Shown here piece by piece: positions 18,923 to 27,342 of a stretch of DNA of 64,000 nt; position 1 is the stretch's first letter; every line of letters starts with the position of its first letter. The stretch is from Ignavibacteriota bacterium (GTDB lineage Bacteria; Bacteroidota; Ignavibacteria; Palsa-1295). Location of the stretch: the NCBI GenBank assembly GCA_963787835.1, contig CAWBEI010000005.1:128001-192000 (forward strand), read 5' to 3'. The position numbers were made by a program, and so were the translations under genes. The notes beneath the pieces are model-generated. The model ran no database searches, was not told the origin of the DNA, and saw nothing but the letters and a program-made list of their open reading frames with translations.

Positions 18923-20605
18923 TCAAGGGTTGCCCACGCGCTCGTGGTTGACGTGCTGAACTGCGATTGCGAAATCATTAGCCGCATGTGGAAGTGTTGC
19001 GAGATTCCACGCCAGAAGCACGACTAATGCGGCGTGAAGAACCGCGATCATCGAGGCAGAAAGTTTTGGATCGTGAACATCATCATGGAAGATAAATTCC
19101 GTCTTGTTGCGCTCTTCTTCGGTCACGAAAGTTGGCTGCTCGCGCTTGAACAAGGGGATATTCGCATGCCGCATACCAGCCCAAAGTAAAATGGCAATGA
19201 AGAAAATAAGCAGCACACAGTTTATTGCGGGAGTGATCGGAGAAGTATTACTGGGACTCAATAGCAAAATGTAGGCCGTTCCGAGCACGATCAATGTAGT
19301 CGCCGTTCCGAATATCATTTGCTTCAGGCTGATCGTTCGGAAAAGTTCACTGCGTACTATCGTGCGGATTGAAAGAACTCCTGCAAGCGTGTATATGGGT
19401 GATATAAAATGGGCCAATCGCGCATAATCACCAAATGCATCCGGAACTCCCAGAATCAGTGCGCGAAGATAGGGAAGTACAAGCAGGACCCAAACAGAAA
19501 GCGAAAATACAGAATCTGCGGCATCGCGTTCGTGGAACTTGTTTCGTTTGCGCGACCACAATGCAAGAGCGATCGTAAGCACCCAGACTGGATTAGTAGA
19601 TAGATACACATCGCGAATCATTGCCCAGATCCCGATCAGGCTAACAAACAACTGAGTGACTAAACCACCAAAATTCCCATGCCATGCCAGGCGAATGATC
19701 GAGTCCTTCCCAAGCGCCTCCCGAAATGTTGCGGGAACAAGGGCTCCGTTCACAGCGAAATTCGTGATCGCGACGGGAAGAATGATGAGAATGAAGCCGA
19801 ATTTCATCATGCCCACATGCCGGAATCGTTTGGGGTCATTCGAAAAGAATAACCACATTGCGACGATCAGATATAGAAAAAATATCTCCGGTCGCGTGAG
19901 CGCGCCGAGTGCCAGGATCGTGCCCGTCACGAAAAAATGCAGCGTCATCGATACCTTGCCGGGATGCGAGAAATGCCACCAGAATGCACCCATCACAAGC
20001 GCCGTCGAAAGCGTGGATTCCAGTCCCGATAGTTCCGACCATGCCAGCCCGCTCGCCGTGACCATCAATACCCCGCCTAAGAGCGCAGAGCCATAATCCA
20101 ATTCCAGCACGCGCAACAAGCGGAAGCAGTAATATCCCGTGAGGAACAGGAATATCGTTCCAAGTAATTTTCCCGCGATGATCGGATCGTGAAAGATACT
20201 CAGCGTGAGCGAGAGTATCACGATCCAGAATGGGGAAGTCGGCACGGTCGATGGCTGACCGGCAGTGTACTCGAAGGCAAGTCCGTGGAAGAAATTGCGG
20301 GCATACGCCTCGCGCACCCAGGACTCGGCTAACGGGAACCCGAGCTTGTGCGCGATCGCCAGCTCGTGCGCCAGAAAAAAGATGGCGATGGCCGACGAAA
20401 GCAGCACGAACAGAGTCGAGGGGTTGATGCGCTGCCACCACGGCGCATCCGGCCACGGCGCGGCGCCCAGGATCGAGATCGGCTCGCCAGACATGCCGAG
20501 CGACGGCATCGCCGCCGCTTCGGTAGCGAATGGCGGCTGCAAGGCGGCTGCAAACGGCCCTTCTATGGTGGCAGCGCCGGAATGTTCGAGCGTGGGTTCG
20601 CGCAT
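18923..20605 (-). CDS. Multi-pass membrane protein, GT-C-like glycosyltransferase fold
   Basis: YARNF..G..TSPFW, SGLES, LTRPE motifs and many TM helices; start taken at ATG 20605. Confidence 0.65.
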   Translation of the reverse strand: MREPTLEHSGAATIEGPFAAALQPPFATEAAAMPSLGMSGEPISILGAAPWPDAPWWQRINPSTLFVLLSSAIAIFFLAHELAIAHKLGFPLAESWVREAYARNFFHGLAFEYTAGQPSTVPTSPFWIVILSLTLSIFHDPIIAGKLLGTIFLFLTGYYCFRLLRVLELDYGSALLGGVLMVTASGLAWSELSGLESTLSTALVMGAFWWHFSHPGKVSMTLHFFVTGTILALGALTRPEIFFLYLIVAMWLFFSNDPKRFRHVGMMKFGFILIILPVAITNFAVNGALVPATFREALGKDSIIRLAWHGNFGGLVTQLFVSLIGIWAMIRDVYLSTNPVWVLTIALALWSRKRNKFHERDAADSVFSLSVWVLLVLPYLRALILGVPDAFGDYARLAHFISPIYTLAGVLSIRTIVRSELFRTISLKQMIFGTATTLIVLGTAYILLLSPSNTSPITPAINCVLLIFFIAILLWAGMRHANIPLFKREQPTFVTEEERNKTEFIFHDDVHDPKLSASMIAVLHAALVVLLAWNLATLPHAANDFAIAVQHVNHERVGNP

Positions 20606-20667
20606 GGCGTTACCCCTAACGGTTGCGGGCGGGATGTTGTTCGGAAAGAACAAAACCATTGCCTTAA

Positions 20668-20869
20668 AGAAATAGGTGCCACTTCTTTTTCTTGTGAGTT
20701 CCCGATGATTCCTCGTTTCCAAACTGTTTTCGCCATTTGTTGCAACAAATTCTTTTCTCAAAGAACATGTTCATAACGAAAACCACCCCGACTGCCAGAT
20801 TGTCAATGAACATGACACAAAACACTATTCCCACAGACACTTGGTGCCCATAGTTTCACTACCAATATA
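20668..20869 (-). repeat. Dispersed promoter-containing non-coding element, copy 2
   Basis: Minus strand: TATATT-12nt-ATGGGCACC...GTTCATTGACAAT...ATGAACATGTTCTTTG...TTGTTGCAACAA...CGGGAACTCACAAGAAAAAGAAGTGGCACCTATTTCT. Confidence 0.8.
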
Positions 20870-20929
20870 CAACGCTTTTTCGGTGGTGCTGTGAAATTCG
20901 AAATTTCTTTTGACCTGTATGTGGATGCC

Positions 20930-21304
20930 TTAAAGACCCAGTGAGATTGAGAGAGCATCTCGGATGAGAGCCAATTCGCTGGAGCGAATGCTACCAAGCT
21001 TTTTAACGAACCGGTCTAAGTCGAACGCATGACACTGTGCGGTATCGACTTCACTGGCTTTGGAAAGACCACTCTTTGCATCGGCATTGATGCCAACGTA
21101 CCAATACAGCCGTAGATGCCGATGCTTATCGTCGGTAACGGGAACGACGATCCTGAGAGGCAAATAAGTAAAACCCGGCTCGGAGACTACAACAGCCGGT
21201 CGGCGTTTGTCCATTTCAGCAAGCATCGCCTACGATGCGCCACGATTCGGTTCGAAATCGACGAGCCATATTTCACCCGGCCTGGGATCGAGTGAAATGT
21301 TCAA
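20930..21304 (-). pseudogene. MazF/PemK toxin interrupted by in-frame TAG within an 18-bp hairpin insertion
   Basis: From TTG 21304: LNISLDPRPGEIWLVDFEPNRG-AS*AML-AEMDKRRPAVVVS; TAG at 21230-21232. Confidence 0.8.
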
Positions 21305-21486
21305 TCGTGGACGTGGTGACTCGCTTGAATGATCGATTCCGGATGCTCGGAGTAAAGTTTGCCGCCAAGCTTGAATTGCGCCGCCAACACTTTTTCACGC
21401 TCGCTTTTTGAAAGCTTGCGAATCTCCGAAGCGGTCAATGTACGCGGCGGAGCCTGAGGTTTTTCGGTCTTATAAAGCCTTGTCAT
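21301..21486 (-). CDS. Putative antitoxin (61 aa)
   Basis: Small ORF whose TGA overlaps the TTG start of the MazF-like gene; TACTTTTG element 6 nt before ATG. Confidence 0.65.
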   Translation of the reverse strand: MTRLYKTEKPQAPPRTLTASEIRKLSKSEREKVLAAQFKLGGKLYSEHPESIIQASHHVHD

Positions 21487-21537
21487 ATCTAACAAAAGTA
21501 ACCAAACCCGGAAATAGTTCGGCTCACACTGTCCCCA

Positions 21538-21675
21538 CCTCTTACTTCTTACTTTTCCCCATCCTTCCATAATCCTGAAAATCCTGTGAATCGTGGACCC
21601 ATTTCATACTTCATAATTCATACTTCGTGATTTCCCCCGCCCCCGTCCGCCACAAAATTCGAAATTTTCTTCAGT
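21538..21675. repeat. Composite direct repeat left of TA pair 2
   Basis: (CTTACTT)n + CCCCATCC..AATCCTGAAAATCC..AATCGTGG + (TTCATAC/A)n + CCGCCAC.AAATTCGAAATTT; second copy at 22293-22458. Confidence 0.8.
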
Positions 21676-21704
21676 CATTCGTGGGGAACATCATAGGAGA
21701 TACT

Positions 21705-21944
21705 ATGTTAGTAAAAGCGATGAACAAGGTACAAGCCAAGCATACGCCTGCCTCGCGAATTAGTAGAAGAGCATCTTCAAAGGGGGAGCGCAAGCACGAA
21801 GAAATTTCTGACCGCGAGCTCACCCAGCTCGCGAGTGCTTCACGCGCGCATGACTGGCTCCGTGATCCCGAGCAAGATATTTATAGCCTGAAAGACGGCA
21901 AACCTGCCCAATGGCCGTCGAAACGTACAAACGGGGCAGCGTAG
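21705..21944 (+). CDS. Putative antitoxin
   Basis: AGGAGA RBS; acidic DWLRDPEQDIY C-terminal motif typical of MazF partners; overlaps toxin start. Confidence 0.7.
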   Translation: MLVKAMNKVQAKHTPASRISRRASSKGERKHEEISDRELTQLASASRAHDWLRDPEQDIYSLKDGKPAQWPSKRTNGAA

Positions 21945-22279
21945 TACTCGTTCGGTTCCCTTATACCGACCTCACCGGCTCCAAAGTCCGGCCTGCCGTG
22001 ATCGTTACGCCGGAGAAATATCTGGCCAGCTCCGAGGATGTGCTTTGCGCCTTCATTTCTTCCGTGTTGCCCGATCCGTTGCTGCAAACCGACATTGTGA
22101 TAAGCTCCATTCACACGGATTTTAGAAGGGCGGGTTTGAAGCGAAGTTCCGTGCTGCGTACACACAAGCTTGTGTTGCTAAATAAGGAACTCGTCTATTC
22201 CAAATTGGGAGATCTCTCTGCAATGCTCACCAAGCAAATGAACGCCGGACTGATCGAAGCGTTAGGTTTGAATGAATAA
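21911..22279 (+). CDS. PemK/MazF family toxin
   Basis: RGSVVLVRFPYTDLTGSKVRPAVIV...AGLKRSS.R..KL. Confidence 0.9.
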   Translation: MAVETYKRGSVVLVRFPYTDLTGSKVRPAVIVTPEKYLASSEDVLCAFISSVLPDPLLQTDIVISSIHTDFRRAGLKRSSVLRTHKLVLLNKELVYSKLGDLSAMLTKQMNAGLIEALGLNE

Positions 22280-22292
22280 TTTTCCCCCGCAA

Positions 22293-22458
22293 CTCTTACT
22301 TCTTAACTCTTACTTCTTACTTATTACTTTTCCCCATCCTTCCCTAATCCCGAAAATCCCGCGAATCGTGGCCCCGTTTCATCTTTCATCTTTCATATTT
22401 CATATTTCATCTTTTCCCCATTCCCCCGCCCGCCACGAAATTCGAAATTTTTCTCAGC
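22293..22458. repeat. Composite direct repeat right of TA pair 2
   Basis: Same block order as 21538-21675 with expanded heptamer tracts. Confidence 0.8.
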
Positions 22459-22503
22459 CCCAGCTGGGGCACATAGCTCTAGCCGGGCGGCGTAAGCCAC
22501 CAG
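22457..22503. repeat. REP-like element (GCCCCAGCTGGGGC...TAGCC...GCGTAAGCC)
   Basis: 14-bp palindrome followed by a TAGCC/GTAAGCC segment, resembling REPs associated with IS200/IS605-type (RAYT) transposases. Confidence 0.5.
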
Positions 22504-22551
22504 TTAGCGGGATTTTTTAGTGCAATGAGTCCGAGAGATAAAAGAAAAAAC

Positions 22552-23658
22552 TTATTTTACAATGAATATGATGTCAGTCAGCGCGTCAAATTTTTGAGGT
22601 TTGCCTTTATATGAAAAAGAAATCTTTAGATCTTGGATTTTTTTTCGCTTAAATTTATCTAAATAAGAGAATATGGATGGCTTGAGCAAATCCAAATTTC
22701 TTTTAAGCTTCCAGGAATTCGTAAAATCATTCGTATCCACGAGAACAAGAAATAATCTGTTCTCAGAGCTGAAACGCATTTCACCTTGATTTTCATAAAG
22801 CCAGAGCGCAAGTTTTTTTGGATTTTCTTGTGCGTCAAGTAAAATATCTGTCGTTTCTTGTTTCAAAGATCGTAAGACGGATAAAGTAAACCTATCCGAG
22901 CGATCCTTCATTTTTTCAGTTATCTCATTATGAATAGCGGCCGCTTTTGCATTTCTATCAAAAGTGATATTTGCTTCCTTTGCTTTTTGTTTTAAAAAAG
23001 TAAGCTCAACTGGCAATCCTCTTTCTTTTCTCTTTGCCTTGATATACTCTGCCGGGAGATAGGTCACCTTCAAGTCAAATGGAACATCATCAAGAAAAAA
23101 ATCCACGTTCTTTATTTGCCCGACTGTCGGCAAAACTGCTTCATGCGATTTGAAAATATGCTCTATCAGGATACTCGACCAGTGATTGTACCAACTATTG
23201 AGAACATATCCTTGAACAGCAGCCGCTATTTCTCCATCAAATTTTGAGATTAGAGTGTCATAAGATTTGCAAGCTTTGACGTACCTGCTCACAAGATACT
23301 TATCTAAAGAGTTTTGATAATCCCCTCCCCAATCGAAATGCTGCACTTTGTATAGTTCAGATACGAGTTCATCGCGATTAAGTGATTTTACTTGCTGCTT
23401 GTTGATTCCACGAATAAAACCGTCGAGTAGTAGATGTGATTTTTCAGGGTTTTTGGATAATATATTGAATAGCTCAACAAACTGTCGAGAAAGTGAGGAT
23501 TCATTCAATATTATGTTGGATGACTTCGTAAACTCCTGAATCAATTCCTTCCGTACAATTGATTTCGTTTTAAGCCAAAGCAGGCCCATCCTGTCTGAAC
23601 TAAATTCTTCCAGTTTCTCACTTTCGTGGAGTTTCTTCCAGTAATTAAAATCCTTCAT
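22552..23658 (-). CDS. Putative type II restriction endonuclease
   Basis: E....VDFFLDDVPFDLKVT PD-(D/E)xK-like motif; overlaps MTase gene; AT-rich. Confidence 0.65.
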   Translation of the reverse strand: MKDFNYWKKLHESEKLEEFSSDRMGLLWLKTKSIVRKELIQEFTKSSNIILNESSLSRQFVELFNILSKNPEKSHLLLDGFIRGINKQQVKSLNRDELVSELYKVQHFDWGGDYQNSLDKYLVSRYVKACKSYDTLISKFDGEIAAAVQGYVLNSWYNHWSSILIEHIFKSHEAVLPTVGQIKNVDFFLDDVPFDLKVTYLPAEYIKAKRKERGLPVELTFLKQKAKEANITFDRNAKAAAIHNEITEKMKDRSDRFTLSVLRSLKQETTDILLDAQENPKKLALWLYENQGEMRFSSENRLFLVLVDTNDFTNSWKLKRNLDLLKPSIFSYLDKFKRKKIQDLKISFSYKGKPQKFDALTDIIFIVK

Positions 23659-24760
23659 TTACTAGTTCGGTTTGATAACGTCCGCTAAACGAAAAAATCT
23701 TTTGCGGTTTGCAGACAAATAAGATTTCGCGGCTGCCAGCAACGCTTCCTTTGCCGCCTCTGCCATTATGGTAGGTTTTTGTTTCAACACTTACATCCCT
23801 ATGCATAGAGATCATCTTCCCAAAAACCTCTACACTCGGGTAGCTACGGTCATTATAACTAAAAAGCCAGATTGGGATTTCTTGTGCAAGTTCAAATAAT
23901 TTTTGGAGGGACGATATAACGTCTCTTTTTTTATCGAAGCCGCTGAACCGCTGTGGGTCGTAACGTTTAATTCCATTTATGAACTGCTTATCGCCCCAAT
24001 ACTCAGTAAAGGTTTCGAGAAGATGATAGAAACTCTGGTAGTCTGCATGGCTATCGCAATATGGTGGATCGAAATATGCTAAATCGATTTTCCCTAAATT
24101 TGGAAGGAGCTCCAAGATGTTCCTGTGGTAACTCTTATTCTCCAGGTCGTTATCGAAAACCGCATCATTATATTTCGATAGTAGATCTTGGAAAATATCT
24201 TTGATCGGCCTTGCAAGGCTTCTGTTCCTTTTTATTCGTTCGGGATCACTCGCATAACTCAGGGCCTGTGTATGGGCGAAATGTCCCATCGTGATTTTTC
24301 TCGACATACTCCGGTTTATAACGGTGAATGCAAGAGCTTGTTTATAAGGGCTTTCGAGCAAGGGAATGTTAGCCCTGATATTATCTAAAAAGTAAGCATC
24401 CTCTTTTTCAAAGAAAACATTAGTGTAAACGCTCTCAATAAGCTGAAATTCTTTTTTATTTTTAGCGGGCTGAAAGAGAATGTCAATGTCGTTTTTTGTC
24501 AGTTGTTCCGAATTATTTTCTATTAATCCAAGTCCTATCTGATGATTGAAATTTAAAAAATCATTCGTGATCGTTTTTAGCCCAAGCTGCTTGAAAAGAA
24601 ACGCGACAGACTGAGATCCGGCAAATGCATCGAGTGCAGTCTCAATACCACTAGGAATAAATCTTTTAATCCAACCGAGATGTGAATACTTAGCGCCCAA
24701 GTATTGTGGTTCAGGAAACAGGTAGTTAAGATTTGAGTATTCTTTGAATAGAGTTATCAT
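23645..24760 (-). CDS. Dam/D12-class N6-adenine DNA methyltransferase
   Basis: PQYLGAK, DAFAGSQSV motif I, YFDPPY motif IV. Confidence 0.92.
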   Translation of the reverse strand: MITLFKEYSNLNYLFPEPQYLGAKYSHLGWIKRFIPSGIETALDAFAGSQSVAFLFKQLGLKTITNDFLNFNHQIGLGLIENNSEQLTKNDIDILFQPAKNKKEFQLIESVYTNVFFEKEDAYFLDNIRANIPLLESPYKQALAFTVINRSMSRKITMGHFAHTQALSYASDPERIKRNRSLARPIKDIFQDLLSKYNDAVFDNDLENKSYHRNILELLPNLGKIDLAYFDPPYCDSHADYQSFYHLLETFTEYWGDKQFINGIKRYDPQRFSGFDKKRDVISSLQKLFELAQEIPIWLFSYNDRSYPSVEVFGKMISMHRDVSVETKTYHNGRGGKGSVAGSREILFVCKPQKIFSFSGRYQTELVNEGF

Positions 24761-25027
24761 TCAGCCTTCGTTTGCTTTTTTCAATTCACTAACCCAAGTG
24801 CTAACACTTGGAGTCCCAAATTTATCGCTACTCATGCTTTAGCACATTTACGACTAAGACCGTGAGCACCTTTTGTGGGTTTCATGAAATTGTAAGTACC
24901 TGGTTGTTTACGTCCCCAGCTATTATCCGGGACTAACTAACCGCAAACCCGTATTCCCGCCCCCGCTCAGGTCGTGCGCAGGCTTTTCGCGGGAATGACA
25001 AGCGGTGCGTTGGTGTATTAACTCACC

Positions 25028-26368
25028 GTGCCAGAAAAAAAATATGTTCTTGTCGTTACGTACTACTTTCCACCGGCGGGCGGGCCGGGGGTGCAGCGCG
25101 TCCTGAAATTCCTGAAATATCTCGGCGAGTTCGGCTGGACTCCCATCGTGCTTGTGCCGGAAAACCCGGAATATCCCGCGCGGGATGAATCGCTCGTCAA
25201 CGAGCTTCCCGCCGGTCTCATCGTTCGCCGCGCCCCGATCTTCGAGCCGTACGATCTGTACCGGAAATTCACCGGCAAGCAAGCTGGCGTTCCGATCGAT
25301 GTCAACGTGAACAAGGAAGCCGGTGCCAAACGCTCGATGAGCGAGAAGCTGGCGGAGTTTATTCGCGCCACCATTTTCATTCCCGATGCGCGTATCGGCT
25401 GGCTGCTCTCGGCAGTGAAGGAGGGTCGGCAAATTTTGAAGGAATATCCTGTCCGTGCGATCTATTCTTCGTCGCCGCCCTATACTCCATCGCTCGTTGC
25501 GCGGAAGCTGCATCGTATTTCTAAGTTACCCTGGGTCGCCGGTTTCCGCGATCCGTGGACTGGTTTTCTCAGTACGCCGGAACGCTGGGCAATCCCACGT
25601 GCTATAGATCGCTCATTAGAACATTCGGTGTTTAAGGAAGCGGACCTCGTCGAGGTTGCGTGGAAGGGAATTATGCAGGATGTTCGCGGGAAATATCCAG
25701 AGCTTCCAGCAGAGAAATTCATCCATATCCCCAACGGCTTTGATGGCGCGGATTTCTCGGAAACGGATATTTACAAACGTGCAGTGCGTCCGAAGAATGA
25801 GAAATGCACCATTACCTATTCCGGTTCGCTGTATGGGCCTCGAAATCCACGTAGTTTTTTGCAGGCGGTGGGAATGCTTATCTCGCGGAAGGAAATCGAT
25901 CCCGAAAAGATGAAGCTTCGCTTTGTTGGCAGGTTTGGTGCGCCGATCCATGAAATGCTGGATGCACCTGCGGTGCGCTCGATGGTGGAATCGATCGAAT
26001 ACGTTCCACATGCCAAAGCAGTGGAATTATTACTCGATAGCGATGCGCTGCTCCTTATAGTGGATGATGTGGCTTCGGTGGCAGAGATCGTTCCTGGAAA
26101 AGTGTATGAGTATCTCGGCGCGGCGCGGCCTATTATGGCTATTGCGCCTCCGGAAGGCGCTATCGGCGATCTGCTGCGCGAGACGAACGCTGGCGAAGTA
26201 GTGCGGCAATCGGATATTGAGGGACAAGCGCGCATTATCAAGCGCATTTACGATGATTGGGCGAGCGGCGTGTCAAGCTTTGTGATGAAGTTGGATACCA
26301 TCTCCCAATACGAACGCCGCGAAGCTACGCGCAAACTGGCGGGACTTTTTGACCGTCTTACCCAATGA
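25028..26368 (+). CDS. Glycosyltransferase family 4
   Basis: YYFPP.GG.GVQR, SSPPY, FRDPW, PNGFD, PGKVYEY. Confidence 0.92.
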   Translation: MPEKKYVLVVTYYFPPAGGPGVQRVLKFLKYLGEFGWTPIVLVPENPEYPARDESLVNELPAGLIVRRAPIFEPYDLYRKFTGKQAGVPIDVNVNKEAGAKRSMSEKLAEFIRATIFIPDARIGWLLSAVKEGRQILKEYPVRAIYSSSPPYTPSLVARKLHRISKLPWVAGFRDPWTGFLSTPERWAIPRAIDRSLEHSVFKEADLVEVAWKGIMQDVRGKYPELPAEKFIHIPNGFDGADFSETDIYKRAVRPKNEKCTITYSGSLYGPRNPRSFLQAVGMLISRKEIDPEKMKLRFVGRFGAPIHEMLDAPAVRSMVESIEYVPHAKAVELLLDSDALLLIVDDVASVAEIVPGKVYEYLGAARPIMAIAPPEGAIGDLLRETNAGEVVRQSDIEGQARIIKRIYDDWASGVSSFVMKLDTISQYERREATRKLAGLFDRLTQ

Positions 26369-27249
26369 CGTGGCGTGAATCCCTCGCTCGTGCCGAGCAA
26401 AAGCTTATCAACGCTGGCGTTGAGGATGCTCGAACCAATGCGGAGTATCTCGCGGCACATACACTTTCTCTGAGGAGCAGATCGGAATTGCGTTCTATGC
26501 TCGGTCAGGTAATATCTTCTGTACAGGATGCAAACTTCGATACTCTTGTTTCCCGGCGAGCAAGTCGCGAGCCTCTGCAATATATTCTTGGTGAATGGGA
26601 ATTCTTTGGATTGCCTTTCAAAGTTGGTCCGGAAGCCCTTATTCCGCGACCCGAAACCGAAATTCTTGTTGAACAGGCTTTAAGCGAAGCGGCTAAAATG
26701 TCTGCGAACATTTCTATTCTCGATATTGGAACTGGAACTGGTTGCATCGCGCTTGCGATTGCAAAACACCTACCAAGGGTATCTCTTGTTGGAATAGATG
26801 CAAGCTCAGGTGCGGTTGAGCTTTCGAAAGAAAATGCGCTTATATTAGGTGTTTCGAATGCGAGCTTTCAGATCACGGATATTTTTTCGGATGAATGGAT
26901 GAATTCCATCACAACACAATTTGATCTGATCGTATCGAACCCACCATATATCAGCAAAACAGAGTTCGAAATGCTGGAGCCCGAACTTCGGAATTACGAA
27001 CCCCGGTTTGCACTGACGGACGAATCGAACGGCCTCACCTTCTATGAGCGGATTGCGCAGGTTTCGCCGAGTTTGCTGAAACCCTCCGGCAGATTGCTGA
27101 TGGAGGTTGGATATGATGCGGCTTCAAAAGTAGAGGCGATCCTTCATTCTGCAGGTTTTGAGGTACTTCGTAGCGTTGATGATCTTGCTGGAATTCCACG
27201 AGTTATTGTTGCTGAATTTCATCAGTCAAAAACCTCAAAAATGGGCTAA
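26365..27249 (+). CDS. prmC: Release factor glutamine N5-methyltransferase
   Basis: EPLQYILG, LIPRPETE, DIGTGTG, SNPPY. Confidence 0.96.
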   Translation: MTWRESLARAEQKLINAGVEDARTNAEYLAAHTLSLRSRSELRSMLGQVISSVQDANFDTLVSRRASREPLQYILGEWEFFGLPFKVGPEALIPRPETEILVEQALSEAAKMSANISILDIGTGTGCIALAIAKHLPRVSLVGIDASSGAVELSKENALILGVSNASFQITDIFSDEWMNSITTQFDLIVSNPPYISKTEFEMLEPELRNYEPRFALTDESNGLTFYERIAQVSPSLLKPSGRLLMEVGYDAASKVEAILHSAGFEVLRSVDDLAGIPRVIVAEFHQSKTSKMG

Positions 27250-27269
27250 AAGTGTCCTATTTTGGGAAT

Positions 27270-27285
27270 TGGCATAATATTAGCT
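27270..27285 (+). promoter_or_regulatory. sigma54 -24/-12 box upstream of rpoN
   Basis: TGGCATAATATTAGCT with exact GG-N10-GC spacing. Confidence 0.6.
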
Positions 27286-27342
27286 ATTGTTAATATATCC
27301 GTCTGGAATTGTATTTGATTTTGTTGCCTTTAATAGAGTTAG

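Noticed and set aside
20606-20761. N-terminal extension of the membrane protein ORF
   Set aside because: Largely overlaps repeat copy 2; ATG 20605 is the more plausible start
21230-21232. TAG as pyrrolysine or alternative genetic code
   Set aside because: TAG terminates other genes normally in this window (e.g. bS22, ccsA, ABC permease) and no pyl genes are seen
21538-22458. Repeats as a CRISPR array
   Set aside because: Units are 7-mers or long composite blocks, with no constant 25-45-bp repeat separated by unique spacers and no cas genes
21627-22520. ORF 22272-22520 and the 5' extensions at 21487-21570 and 21627-21704
   Set aside because: They translate low-complexity repeat DNA
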